Shown: piece after piece, positions 10,272-20,984 of the stretch
How the letters are laid out: each line of letters opens with the position of its first letter
How positions within the stretch are numbered: the first letter of the stretch is position 1
Source: Squalus acanthias
Taxonomy: Eukaryota
DNA length: 64,000 nucleotides
Direction of reading: 5' to 3'
Assembly (NCBI GenBank): GCA_030390025.1
Contig: JASTWF010000350.1
Location: 186,001 to 250,000 of the forward strand
Position numbers and translations under genes: made by a program
The notes under the pieces: generated by a model
The model's database searches: none
The model's input: the letters and a program-made list of their open reading frames with translations, nothing else
What the model was told of the DNA's origin: nothing

Positions 10272-12449
10272 ACGATAATAACGTAGAGGTGGGATCTGAG
10301 CGCGGGGCGATAGTGGGTGTGAAATGTTAACGATCGTGGGACGCATGGGAATGCCCGATTTCAACAGGGATGCCTTATTATCATTGAATTTCTGGGTTTC
10401 GGGTCTCCACCGTGCGTGAGCAGAGGTGACGCAATTTCACCTCGACTATTTAAAGGGCCAATGCAAAGAAGGAATTTGGAGGAGTTGGGAGTATGTTTAG
10501 GACAGAGGGAAAATTTCACAGATGAAGTCGGGACGGTCAAAGGCTGCGTCCCGCTTCAATGAGGAGTCACTTGACGTACTGCTGGGTGCAGTGAGGATCA
10601 GGAAGAAGATCCTGTTCCCCAGTATTGACGAGAAGAAACCTGCTGCGGTGACCAAGAAGGTGTGATTAGAGGTGGCTGAGGAGGTCAGCAGGTGCTTGGT
10701 GGTGAATGTGAAGACATGAATTGACTGAGACCAATTGGTGCGTGTGCAATGAGCAGATGGTTGGTTACAGGACTGCTTGTGTAAGTAAGGGTGGGTGGGG
10801 GAGGGAGGGGACGGAGATGTGATAGTTACTTTGTTCCAGTGTGAATGACTAACTGAACCTGCGAGCTATTAGAGCATCCCTGGCATCTCAACCAGCAATG
10901 TGAGCGGCTGGTGTGGCGTCGGGAGCTGCATCTTCCTCTTCCTCCTCCTCGTCCTCCTCCTCGTCCTCCTCCTCCTCACCTTTGGAATCCTCACCAGTTA
11001 AAGAGTGCTGAGCGGCTTGTTCCTCCTCTACCTCTAGTCCTTGGTGCTGTGCAATGTTGTGGAATGCAGCACACCACAATGATCCTGGAGACCCTCGCTG
11101 CCTTCAGACCTTTCCAGGCAACTGAAGCGCATCTTCATCATGCCAATGGCTTGCTCAGTGACACATTTGGTTGTCATATGGCTCGAGTTGGTTCATGGTC
11201 ATCTTGGTGTTCATCGGTGGGGTTCCTCAGAAGTGGCATCAGCCAAGTTTGTCTCCTAGCAGCCACCCCTTATGTCTGCTTGGGGATGTTGGATTGCTGC
11301 AGGATGAAAGCATCATGGCAGCTCCCAGGAAAACTGGCTCAGACCTACATGAATCTTTTCTTGTGGTTGCACACCAGCTGAACATTGATGGAATGAGATC
11401 TGTTGCGGTTTACGAATAATCCTGGTTGCTGTGGTGGTGCTCGGATTGCCACGTGTGTACAGTCAATGGCGCCCTACACCTGTGGGAAGCCAGCTAGAGA
11501 CGCAAACCCGAGCGCCCACTCATTCTGACTATTGTCATCACAGGGGAAATTTACATATCTCCCAGCCCTGGCAAACAATCCATCATTGACCTGGCTTATG
11601 CATTTATGTGCAGCTGACTGGGAGACCCTGGATAAGTCTTCAGTAGTGCCTTGGAAGGAACCAGAAGCAAAAAAATTGAGGGCGGTGGTGACTTTGACAG
11701 CCACTGGTAATGCATGGCCACCAGGTCCAGCAGGAAGCTGGTCTTCTTCTAGGAGGCTGCAGTGATCTGCCATCACCTGGTGTAACAACCTGAGCCTTCG
11801 GAAGCACTGCTGTTCCGAGCCTCTGTCTGTAGACCCTGTTAGGTGGGTAGTGCCTCCTGCGAACTCGACCCCTCTGCTGCTCCCCTCTCTGTTGTCCACC
11901 CCCAGCTCCCTCCACACCACGCCCTTGCTTCTGATTGTCTTCCTAATCTGAAGTTCAATTGAGAGCAGCCATGGTGCCACCCACCCTGATGTTCCCTTTG
12001 TGAAGACCTCCAAACTGTACAATTAAGTCTCTCACAACAAGTGCTCTCACCAAACCGTTTCCCAGAGTGAATTATGAAAGCAGCTGCGAGTACTGAGCCT
12101 TTATTAACATCGGGATTCCTCACCTTTAACCATCCCCATGAGGTGCCGCTCAATCTCGCCTCCGTTTCACTGACGGGTTTCCCGAACCCCGGGAAACATG
12201 TGCAGGAGGCATTCATTTCAAATTGCTGCCAATCTCTCAGGAAAGGAGCCTGATTTAAATATCATAATGTTGGGCCCGCCTCTCCTGAGCAGGTGATTCA
12301 AACGCCCCTTATCCAACACGGTTAAAAGGGAAACAGGTGTGTTGACAGTGCGCTGTTGTCGGGTTTCGCGAATTTGACGATTTAACCACCCCCCCCCCCC
12401 CCCCCCGCCCGACCCTCTCCCGCCCATCGTGAGGAGGTTAAAATCCCTC
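10272..12449 (-). mobile_element. PIF/Harbinger transposon (H3), deleted and degenerate
   Basis: Transposase on - and Myb exon-1 remnant on + (10523-10690, KAASRFNEESLDVLL..V*LEVAEEVSR). TIR-like end GGTTAAAATCCC near 12436-12447; the other terminus is eroded. Confidence 0.82.
10849..11972 (-). pseudogene. Harbinger (HARBI1-like) DDE transposase pseudogene
   Basis: ORF 11474..12022 has [30 protein letters not shown]; downstream [27 protein letters not shown] and CAAFHNI, then an acidic tail. Several frameshifts and stops. Confidence 0.9.
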
Positions 12450-12467
12450 TATGCCTCTATTTATAAA

Positions 12468-12673
12468 TGATGTGGAGATGCCGGTGTTGGACTGGGGTGG
12501 ACAAATGTGAGAAGTCGCACAACACCAGGTTATAGTCCAACAGCTTTATTTGAAATCACAAGCTTTCGGAGCGCTGCTCCTTCGTCAGGTGAAGTGACTG
12601 ACGAAGGAGCAGCGCTCCGAAAGCTTGTGATTTCAAATAAAACTGTTGGACTATAACCTGGTGTTGTGCGTCT
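12468..12673 (-). mobile_element. Short Penelope-derived foldback insert with inverted hammerhead-bearing arms
   Basis: 12516-12588 and 12598-12670 are near-perfect inverted repeats (one mismatch seen). 12 bp TSD TCTATTTATAAA at 12456-12467 and 12674-12685. Confidence 0.85.
12556..12592 (-). ncRNA. Minimal type I hammerhead ribozyme motif
   Basis: Minus strand reads TCAC-CTGACGA-A-GGAGC(AGC)GCTCC-GAAAGCTT-GTGA: intact core, 5 bp helix II, palindromic AAGCTT helix III and TCAC/GTGA helix I. Confidence 0.78.
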
Positions 12674-13987
12674 TCTATTTATAAAGCCAAGGATCCCGTC
12701 TGCCTTTTTAACAGCCTTCTCAACTTGTCTTGCTACCTTCAAAGATTTATGTACGTACACCCCCAGGTCTCTCTGTTCCTGCACTCCCTTTAAAATTGTA
12801 CCATTTCGTTTATATTGCCTCTCCTCATTCTGCCTGAGCTGATAGCCAGGCTCAGAGGCCTGCGTAGGACCCACAGCACCTGGGAGAGCAGAAGCAGGAC
12901 AACAAGGCTAGACTTTACGGAACATGGCGAGGTTAGAAAACCCAGCAATCCCTACCGCCAGGCCAATGGCCCAAAGTCACAAGCCACAAGGTGCTGCCTG
13001 TCAACATTTCCTGTTCATCCATTCCAAGCCCTCACACAACCATGCAGCACTTTCATTACATTTCATGCATATCTATGCCTCTGCATTCAACTTACAATTG
13101 AAAGCCTTGCCACGCTCACACCTCCACTTTCTGATCAAAAGAGATGTATCCCATGTTTGTTCTGATGTTCATGCTGTTTAATTCCCTTAAAATCAACTGA
13201 ATTCAACTTTCTAGCTCCAAATATCTTTCCCGCCCTTCATGGCACAGCCGCCAGTGAAAAAAAACAGGAGAAATCATAGGGAGAATAAACCATAGCTGTT
13301 TGAGTGGACAGGGCAGGCGAGGCGGGAGGTCATGTGGTGAAACTTCCAGGAATATATCCAGCCAGAGTTTGAGACCTCACCTCTTACCCCAACAGCTACC
13401 CTATTGTCCTGTACTTCCTGATGTTGTTCATTCTCAAAGTATCTAGCACCTTGAAAGTTCTGGCCTAATCCCCGATTCCCAGTATGTTATTTTCGTACGG
13501 TCATCTCACTGGCAATCTTGTTTTGACCATGTTACACAGCTCTGGGAGTCTCTCCTTCAACACTTGCGTCATCACCAAAGATAAGTCCAAAACCTTTTTC
13601 AGGGTTTTGCCACCAATCAATGCTAAACAGGTCAGAGCACCCTGTGGTCTCAGAGATTTGAAATCATTTGCAAAATACTTCTGGCATTTCTGCCTGTTAT
13701 TTTGTTTTATTCCTTTGCAGTTTTGTTGCTAGGGAACGTGACACCATCCTGGGGTATGAGAGCTGCTGGCAGGTGATGGAGAATGCGAATAATGTTCCCT
13801 GTCAACAAAGCTCTCAGCCGACAAGCATCATCACATAGGCCAGTACACGGCAGTCTCTTGCTCTGTCAAGAAGCTAAATATATAACTGGTACAAATACTG
13901 CGCAAAGCCTAATGATTGCCTCTGCAATAACCCAGCCCCGGTCTCCCTGTTAGTTGCAGAAGAACTTACAATCAGCCTTAGCTCTCG

Positions 13988-14345
13988 AACAACAACTTGC
14001 ATTTATATAACGCCTTTAACGTAGTACAAATGTATCAAGATGTTTCACAGGAGCATTATCTGACAAAATTTGATACCGAGCCACATAAGGAGATATTTGG
14101 GTGGATGAGGTAGGTTTTAAGGAGCGTCTTAAAGGAGGAGGGAGAGGTGCAGAGGTTTAGGGAGGGAATTTCAGAGCTTGGGGTCTGGGCAGCTGAAGGC
14201 ACTGCCGCCAATGGTGGAACGATTAAAATCGGGGATGTACAAGAGGGCAGAATTGGTGGAGCGCAGAGACCTCGGTGGGTTGTAGGGCTGAAGGAGGTTA
14301 CAGAGATAGGGATGAGCGAGGCCATGGAGGGATTCGAGCGCAAGA
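13988..14345 (-). mobile_element. L2-type LINE 3' end
   Basis: LHGLAHPYLCNLLQPYNPPRSLRSTNSALLYIP..GGSAFSC, with a (GTT)n tail after TATATAAATGCAAG. Confidence 0.82.
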
Positions 14346-14382
14346 ATGAAGGAAGTTATAGTTACAGGTGAAGGTGCTTCAT

Positions 14383-15042
14383 CTTCTGATGAAAAGGCAT
14401 CAACCTGAAACATTGGGATCGATATTAACCCCACCCCCCGGGAAAGGGTCAGGGGTAAAAAATTAAAAACCACGAAACGCGCCCCCAACCCACCATTTTT
14501 ATGGCGGCGGGTTTCTTAGTGTTACTGTGCCCTGCTGTGGAGAGGCGGGACATATCATTATAATATTTAAATCAGGCTCCCACAGTTCAGTTGTGAGCCT
14601 GATTTAAATTTAAGAATGGTTGGCTGGGTTTCCCAGTGTTCGGGAATCCCGGCAGCGAAATGGATCCAGGAGCAGGCGGATCAAGCAGGGAAGTACCTTT
14701 TACAGCACTCCTGGTGGGCCAGGCGGAGCAGGTGGGCTCACCCGGCCTCTCAAGCAAATCTTCTGCCGATCGGGGCCTCTGCTCACTGTCACAATCGGGC
14801 AACAGCAACCCCCCCAACCCCTGATCTTTGCCTCCCTCCCTCCCTCCTGTCCGACTGCCTCCCGGATTACCGGCTTCCCCCCCTCAAACATGCTCCCCTG
14901 CTCTCTCCCTGCCTCCTCATATATATCAGGGCCATTAACTCTGTTTCTCCCTCCACAGATGCTGCCTGACCTGCTGAGTGTTTCCAGCATTTTCTGTTTA
15001 TATTTCAGCTTTCCAGCATCCGCAGTATTTAGCTTTTATTTT
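14383..15042 (+). mobile_element. Penelope-like 3' repeat with degenerate hammerhead (about 14383-14414 and 14934-15042), split by an insert
   Basis: CTGATGAAAAGGCATCAACCTGAAACATT | ATTAACTCTGTTTCTCCCTCCACAGATGCTGCC.. matches 1684-1810. Confidence 0.8.
14415..14933. mobile_element. Non-autonomous Harbinger-like insert
   Basis: Starts GGGATCGATATTAACCCC, like the other Harbinger TIRs in the window. Apparent TSD ATT (14412-14414, 14934-14936). The right TIR is poor. Confidence 0.6.
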
Positions 15043-15532
15043 GGTTGGGAAAGGACAGTATTGCATCAAAGCCTCATTAATTGTGCCTCTTCAACAGAAT
15101 ATTGTTCCCACTGCTAGACAATTAATCCTTTTCCCTGAGGGCAGAATGATTTAGGTTCTTCTGGTAAGGGGTGAGGGAAATCGCGATATGAAGAAAGCCA
15201 TTTTGAATGCTTGACCTTTTTCTTCTTGAATTAGAATGGTAACTAGATTAGCACCCATCTAATCAACTAGATTGTACATGTTAGATTGAATATCTGTTTA
15301 TGTCCGCATTGGTCTCCATGTCGCAATGTAAACTGACAATAAGCATACAAAACAATCTTGTTGACAAGACTTGCCTTTTACTGAATGTTGATGGAATGAC
15401 TTCATGACCTTGTTGCTGGTGTGTTTCGAAAGAAATGTTAATCAACGACATTACCTCATCCCTGAACTGGGATGGACCTGCTATTATAGGTGGCTGAGCA
15501 TTTAAACCCTACATGGTATGACCGGGGTATCA

Positions 15533-17848
15533 CCTCGGGGGGGGGATCGGAGGCCTCGGGGGGGGGGGATCGGAGGCCTCGGGGGGGGGGATCGGAGGCC
15601 TCGGGGGGGGATCGGAGGCCTCGGGGGGGGATCGGAGGCCTCGGGGGGGGGATCGGAGGCCTCGGGGGGCGGGGGGAATCGGAGGCCTCGGGGGGGGATC
15701 GGAGGCCTTGGGGGGGGGATCTGAGGCCTCGGGGGGGGGGGATCGGAGGCCTCGGGGGGGGGGGATCGGAGGCCTCGGGGGGGGATCGGAGGCCTCGGGG
15801 GGGGATCGGAGGCCTCGGGGGGGATCGGAGACCTCGGGGGGGGATCGGAGACCTCGGGGGGGATCGGAGGCCTCGGGGGGGGGGGATCGGAGGCCTTGGG
15901 GGGGGATCGGAGACCTCGGGGGCGGGAATCGGAGGCCTCGGGGGGGGGAATCGGAGGCCTCGGGGGGGGATCGGAGGCCTCGGGGGGGGGAATCGGAGGC
16001 CTCGGGGGGGTGAATCGGAGGCCTCGGGGGGGGATCGGAGGCCTCGGGGGGGGGGATATCGGAGGCCTCGGGGGGGATCGGAGGCCTCGGGGGGGGGGGG
16101 GGGATCGGAGGCCTAGGGGGGGGATCGGAGGCCTCGGGGGGGATCGGAGGCCTCGGGGGGGGGGGGTCGGAGGCCTAGGGGGGGGGATCGGAGGCCTCGG
16201 GGGGGATCGGAGGCCTCGGGGGGGGATCGGAGGCCTCGGGGGGGGGATCGGAGGCCTCGGGGGGGGATCGGAGGCCTCGGGGGGGGGGGGGGGGATCGGA
16301 GGCCTAGGGGGGGGATCGGAGGCCTCGGGGGGGATCGGAGGCCTCGGGGGGGGATCGGAGGCCTCGGGGGGGGGATCGGAGGCCTCGGGGGGCGGGGGGG
16401 AATCGGAGGCCTCGGGGGGCGGGGGGAATCGGAGGCCTCGGGGGGGGATCGGAGGCCTTGGGGGGGGGATCTGAGGCCTCGGGGGGGGATCGGAGGCCTC
16501 GGGGGGGGGGGGATCGGAGGCCTCGGGGGGGGGGATCGGAGGCCTCGGGGGGGGATCGGAGGCCTCGGGGGGGGATCGGAGGCCTCGGGGGGGGGATCGG
16601 AGGCCTCGGGGGGCGGGGGGAATCGGAGGCCTCGGGGGGCGGGGGGAATCGGAGGCCTCGGGGGGGGATCGGAGGCCTTGGGGGGGGGATCTGAGGCCTC
16701 GGGGGGGGGGGGATCGGAGGCCTCGGGGGGGGGGGATCGGAGGCCTCGGGGGGGGATCGGAGGCCTCGGGGGGGGATCGGAGGCCTCGGGGGGGATCGGA
16801 GACCTCGGGGGGGGATCGGAGACCTCGGGGGGGATCGGAGGCCTCGGGGGGGGGGGATCGGAGGCCTTGGGGGGGGATCGGAGACCTCGGGGGCGGGAAT
16901 CGGAGGCCTCGGGGGGGGAATCGGAGGCCTCGGGGGGGGATCGGAGGCCTCGGGGGGGGAATCGGAGGCCTCGGGGGGGTGAATCGGAGGCCTCGGGGGG
17001 GGATCGGAGGCCTCGGGGGGGGGGGATATCGGAGGCCTCGGGGGGGATCGGAGGCCTCGGGGGGGGGGGGGATCGGAGGCCTAGGGGGGGGATCGGAGGC
17101 CTCGGGGGGGATCGGAGGCCTCGGGGGGGGGGGGTCGGAGGCCTAGGGGGGGGGGATCGGAGGCCTCGGGGGGGATCGGAGGCCTCGGGGGGGGATCGGA
17201 GGCCTCGGGGGGGGGATCGGAGGCCTCGGGGGGGGATCGGAGGCCTCGGGGGGGGGGGGGGGGATCGGAGGCCTAGGGGGGGGATCGGAGGCCTCGGGGG
17301 GGATCGGAGGCCTCGGGGGGGGGGGTCGGAGGCCTCGGGGGGGATCGGAGGCCTCGGGGGGGGGGGGGTCGGAGGCCTAGGGGGGGGATCGGAGGCCTCG
17401 GGGGGGATCGGAGGCCTCGGGGGGGGGATCGGAGGCCTCGGGGGGGGGGGGGGATCGGAGGCCTAGGGGGGGGATCGGAGGCCTTGGGGGGGATCGGAGG
17501 CCTCGGGGGGGGGGGGGTCGGAGGCCTAGGGGGGGGATCGGAGGCCTCGGGGGGGGGGGGGATCGGAGGCCTAGGGGGGGGATCGGAGGCCTTGGGGGGG
17601 ATCGGAGGCCTCGGGGGGGGGGGGTCGGAGGCCTAGGGGGGGGATCGGAGGCCTCGGGGGGGTATCTTAGGCCTCGGGGGGGATCGGAGGCCTCGGGGGG
17701 GGGGGATCGGAGGCCTCGGGGGGGGGATCGGAGGCCTCGGGGGGGATCGGAGGCCTCGGGGGGGATCGGAGGCCTCGGGGGGGATCGGAGGCCTCGGGGG
17801 GGATCGGAGGCCTCGGGGGGGGATCGGAGGCCTCGGGGGGGGGGGGGG
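15533..17848. repeat. G-rich minisatellite, unit G(about 6-14)-ATCGGAGGCCTC, roughly 110 copies, with higher-order duplication
   Basis: Directly visible. Variant units (GAGACCTC, GATCTGAGG, GGTGAATC, GATATC) recur at about 970 bp offset. Confidence 0.97.
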
Positions 17849-18178
17849 AAATCGGGTTGTCCGATTGCAGTGGGTGGGTGAGGCAGGGACGCTGGATCCA
17901 GCAGGTAAGTGTAAAGGCACTTACCTCCTGGATCCAGCAGTCCTCTCCTTACTTTAGCTGGCGGGTTCCCCAAAGCCTGGTGGTTAAATCTGAGGCACGC
18001 TGTCTCATTATATTTAAAAGAGCGACCTGCCTCCTGGCAGTGGGTTGACTTGACGCCCTTCATCCCGCCTCCGTTAAAACTGGAATTGGGCGGGTTGGAG
18101 TTACGATTCAGTTTGTTAACACTTTAACCTCCCACCCAACCCCAACCCACCCTTTTTTTGGGGTTAAAATTCCCCCCC
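17849..18178. mobile_element. Terminal part of a non-autonomous Harbinger-like element hosting the minisatellite
   Basis: Ends GGGGTTAAAATTCCCCCCC (TIR-like). Homologous to about 59740-59820, sharing CACTTACCTCCTGGAT. Confidence 0.7.
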
Positions 18179-19677
18179 ATGTCTCTGGATCATTAGTTCA
18201 GTAACATAACCACGATGCTACCGTCCCATCTGCCTTCAGCTCCTACTGACACTTAGATAGCGGGCTATTTATTTGGATGTGTTTGAATGGATGTTGGAGA
18301 AATAAGTCAGATGGGCTAGTCTTGCCCTCTTGAACCTATGTACATGATGCAGCGGGGAATAACTGGACAGGTGCACTGATGTAGTTTAGTATCCAGTATG
18401 AATGTGACAGAGGAATTTCTAATGATGAGAAAGTTGATAGGAAAAGCGTGACAAAACCGTGACAACAGGAAGTCAAACGCTGCTGACAGGAAGTGTACGC
18501 AAATGTAAGATTTTTTAATGAGCTTCAGACAAGTTGTGCAGACCTGACTCATGGGTAATGAAAGTGAATTCCTCTTCTCCAACTGATCATCCCCTTTTTG
18601 TTTTATTCTGTTGCAGCTTTTTTACTGAGGTATTTTGTTTCAATCCGTGCTTGTCATGTCCGAGTTTATAGGAAAGCACAGAGGACATTCTTGTGGTGTC
18701 AACATGGGGTGTAGGGGCCAGACTTTTTTTTTGGTTTTATCTCTGTTGCTTTACCCCAGGGAAGGTATAAATTAGCCGCGAAACAGATGTTAAGTTGCAC
18801 CATGAGGCACCAGGCATTGTGCCCAGGCACTATCTCACTGATTTCAGCTACTCAAACACATGGAAAGGATCTGATTTTTATCGGCAGATATAACAGAGAG
18901 ATGGGGGAAGGGAAGAAGGCAGCAAGTAAACAGATCTCGGATTAACCAGCTGTTTGAAACCCTTTTACGGGTGAAGCTGGTGCTGTTGTGAACTCTTGCC
19001 TCGGTTCAAATTGTTCTTGGACGTCTTTCAAGATCTTATTCAATGTTCTATTTTGACAGAAAACATAACCAATCCCAGCTGCTTCTTAGCAGTGACTTCA
19101 GATACTTTCTTTCCCCGGGCTTGAGCTGCTTTGACTCTGTACCAAAATGGAAAATTACAACACACCCTTACAATATTCCAATCCACAGCACCTGCTTTTT
19201 GGGCGCTATGAGTGCCCTTAGAGCTCCAAAATGGCGTCCGCGGTGCACCGGCACACTGGTGGGGCGAATCGCGCTGGATGCCATATTGGTGAGGGCATTA
19301 GCATGCGTACAGCTAATGTCCGCCTGAAGTATGCAGTGCAGGCAGATCACGATGTCAATCAGCATACAACGCTGATTTGAAGTCACGCTGCGATTTTCGA
19401 GCTCAACGCTTCAGCTAACGCCCTCTCTTAAGCTCGCACAGCTGAACACGCGTTCAGCAGCAGGAAGGACCCCCCACCAGCGCTATTTAAAGGGACCATC
19501 AACTACTTACAGGTTAGTTGCTGTTTGATTTTTTCTGGCTGTTGTGATGATTCTACAAGTGTTTGGTGCTTTCTAGAGTTGTTTCAAGTTGCTGAAGTCT
19601 ACAGGGAGTGGAGTGGCACGTGCTGAAGGACTTTTTCCTGACTTCAAGGCTTCTGCACAAACCACTTGCTGCCAGAC

Positions 19678-20810
19678 ATGGTTGCACCAGTAGGAATTCC
19701 CCTTGACTTGGTGAATGAACAGAGGGCACGCGGAGCAGGACAAGCTGCTGGAAGAGGGAGGAGGAGGAGGGGGAGAAGGGCTCTCAGCAGGACGCCATAT
19801 CCGTGCAGGGTATTCAGGAAGCAATTCTCCTACCTCAGCGAGGAACAATGTGTGAGATGTCTGCACTTCAGTAAGGACGTCCTCACTGAAATCTGTCACC
19901 TGCTGCAGTCACAACTGCAACCTCAGAGCAGGGCGAGGCCACCATTGCCAGTGGCTGTGAAGGTGACCGTGGCAATGAACTTTTAGGCGTCTGGCTCCTT
20001 CCAGGCTGGAGCAGGAGATATTAGCAACATCTCGCAGTTGCCGTCCATTGTTGCATAAGGGAGGTCGCTGAGGCTCTGTATTCAAAGCGAGCTAACTACA
20101 TTTCATTCTCTCTTGCCAGAGAGCAGCAGGCGGAGCGAGCACACGGCTTTCCCACGGTGCAGGGTGCCATTGACGGCATGCACATCGCTTTGCTGGTGCC
20201 GCATGTCAACTCTGCCATGCACCTGAACCAAAAGGGATTCCACTCCCTCAACGTCCAGCTGGTGTGACCATAGGCAGCGCATCATGCAGGTCAATGCCCG
20301 GTATCCAGGCAGCAGTCATGATGCCTTCATTCTGCGGCGGTCCGCTGTGCCATCTGCATTTCAGCCACCATGGCAAGCCAATGGGTGGCTATTGGGCGAC
20401 AAGGGCTATCTGCTGACGGCATAGCTGATGACTCTGATGCACAACCCACGCACATGTGCACAGCATGCATACAAGGAAAGCCATGTTGCCACATGAAATG
20501 TGATAGAGCAGACCATTGGCGTGCTGAAACAGTGCTTCCGCTCCCTGGACCACTCTGGAGGAGCCCTGCAGTACTCGACAGAGCGGGTGTCAAGATTCGT
20601 GGAGGTCTGCTGCATGCTGCACAACTTCGCCATCGATAGGGCACAGCCCTTGTCACCAGCTATACGCCAAACAGCTGAGGAGGAGGAGGAGGAGGAGGAA
20701 GAGGACGAGGAGGAGGAGGAAGACGAAGAGAGGAGGCAACCTAGACAGCCCCTTTCTGGCTGGGCTCTCCATGAAGAACTCATCCGAGTGCTATACCAAT
20801 CACTGCAACC
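19678..20810 (+). pseudogene. Harbinger (HARBI1-like) transposase pseudogene
   Basis: ORF 19666..19986 ([13 protein letters not shown]), then [32 protein letters not shown] and LLGDKGY; ORF 20500..20880 (IEQTIGVLKQCFRSLD..CCMLHNF, poly-E). Stops and frameshifts. Confidence 0.92.
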
Positions 20811-20984
20811 CCAATTCCCCATTCACCATCCTTCCTTCCCTCTCTCACTGACCATCACACCGTCCGCTTGGCCACAATGAAAAAATAAAAGCCTCCACAA
20901 AATAAACATTCCAAACTAAATTTATAAATGAAATCATGCCATATTGCATACAAACGTAAACAGATCACCCTTGTGCATTCCCTT

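Larger units (their letters stand above)
9708..12835 (-). mobile_element. CR1 3' portion in pieces (9708-10271, about 12447-12467, 12674-12835), interrupted by Harbinger H3 and a Penelope-derived insert
   Basis: ORF 9939..10166 (LEQRRLRGDLIEVFKIM) and ORF 12530..12874 (VQEQRDLGVYVHKSLKVARQV..GILGFINR); the sequence is collinear across both inserts. Confidence 0.85.

Noticed and set aside
15490..18063. Long Gly/Arg/Pro-rich ORFs
   Set aside because: They are translations of the G-rich minisatellite in several frames, with no sign of a real gene.
20676..20735. (GAG)n/(CTC)n tracts here and near 10930-10980 and 62960-63050 as independent microsatellites
   Set aside because: They encode the poly-Glu C-terminal tail of the Harbinger transposase.
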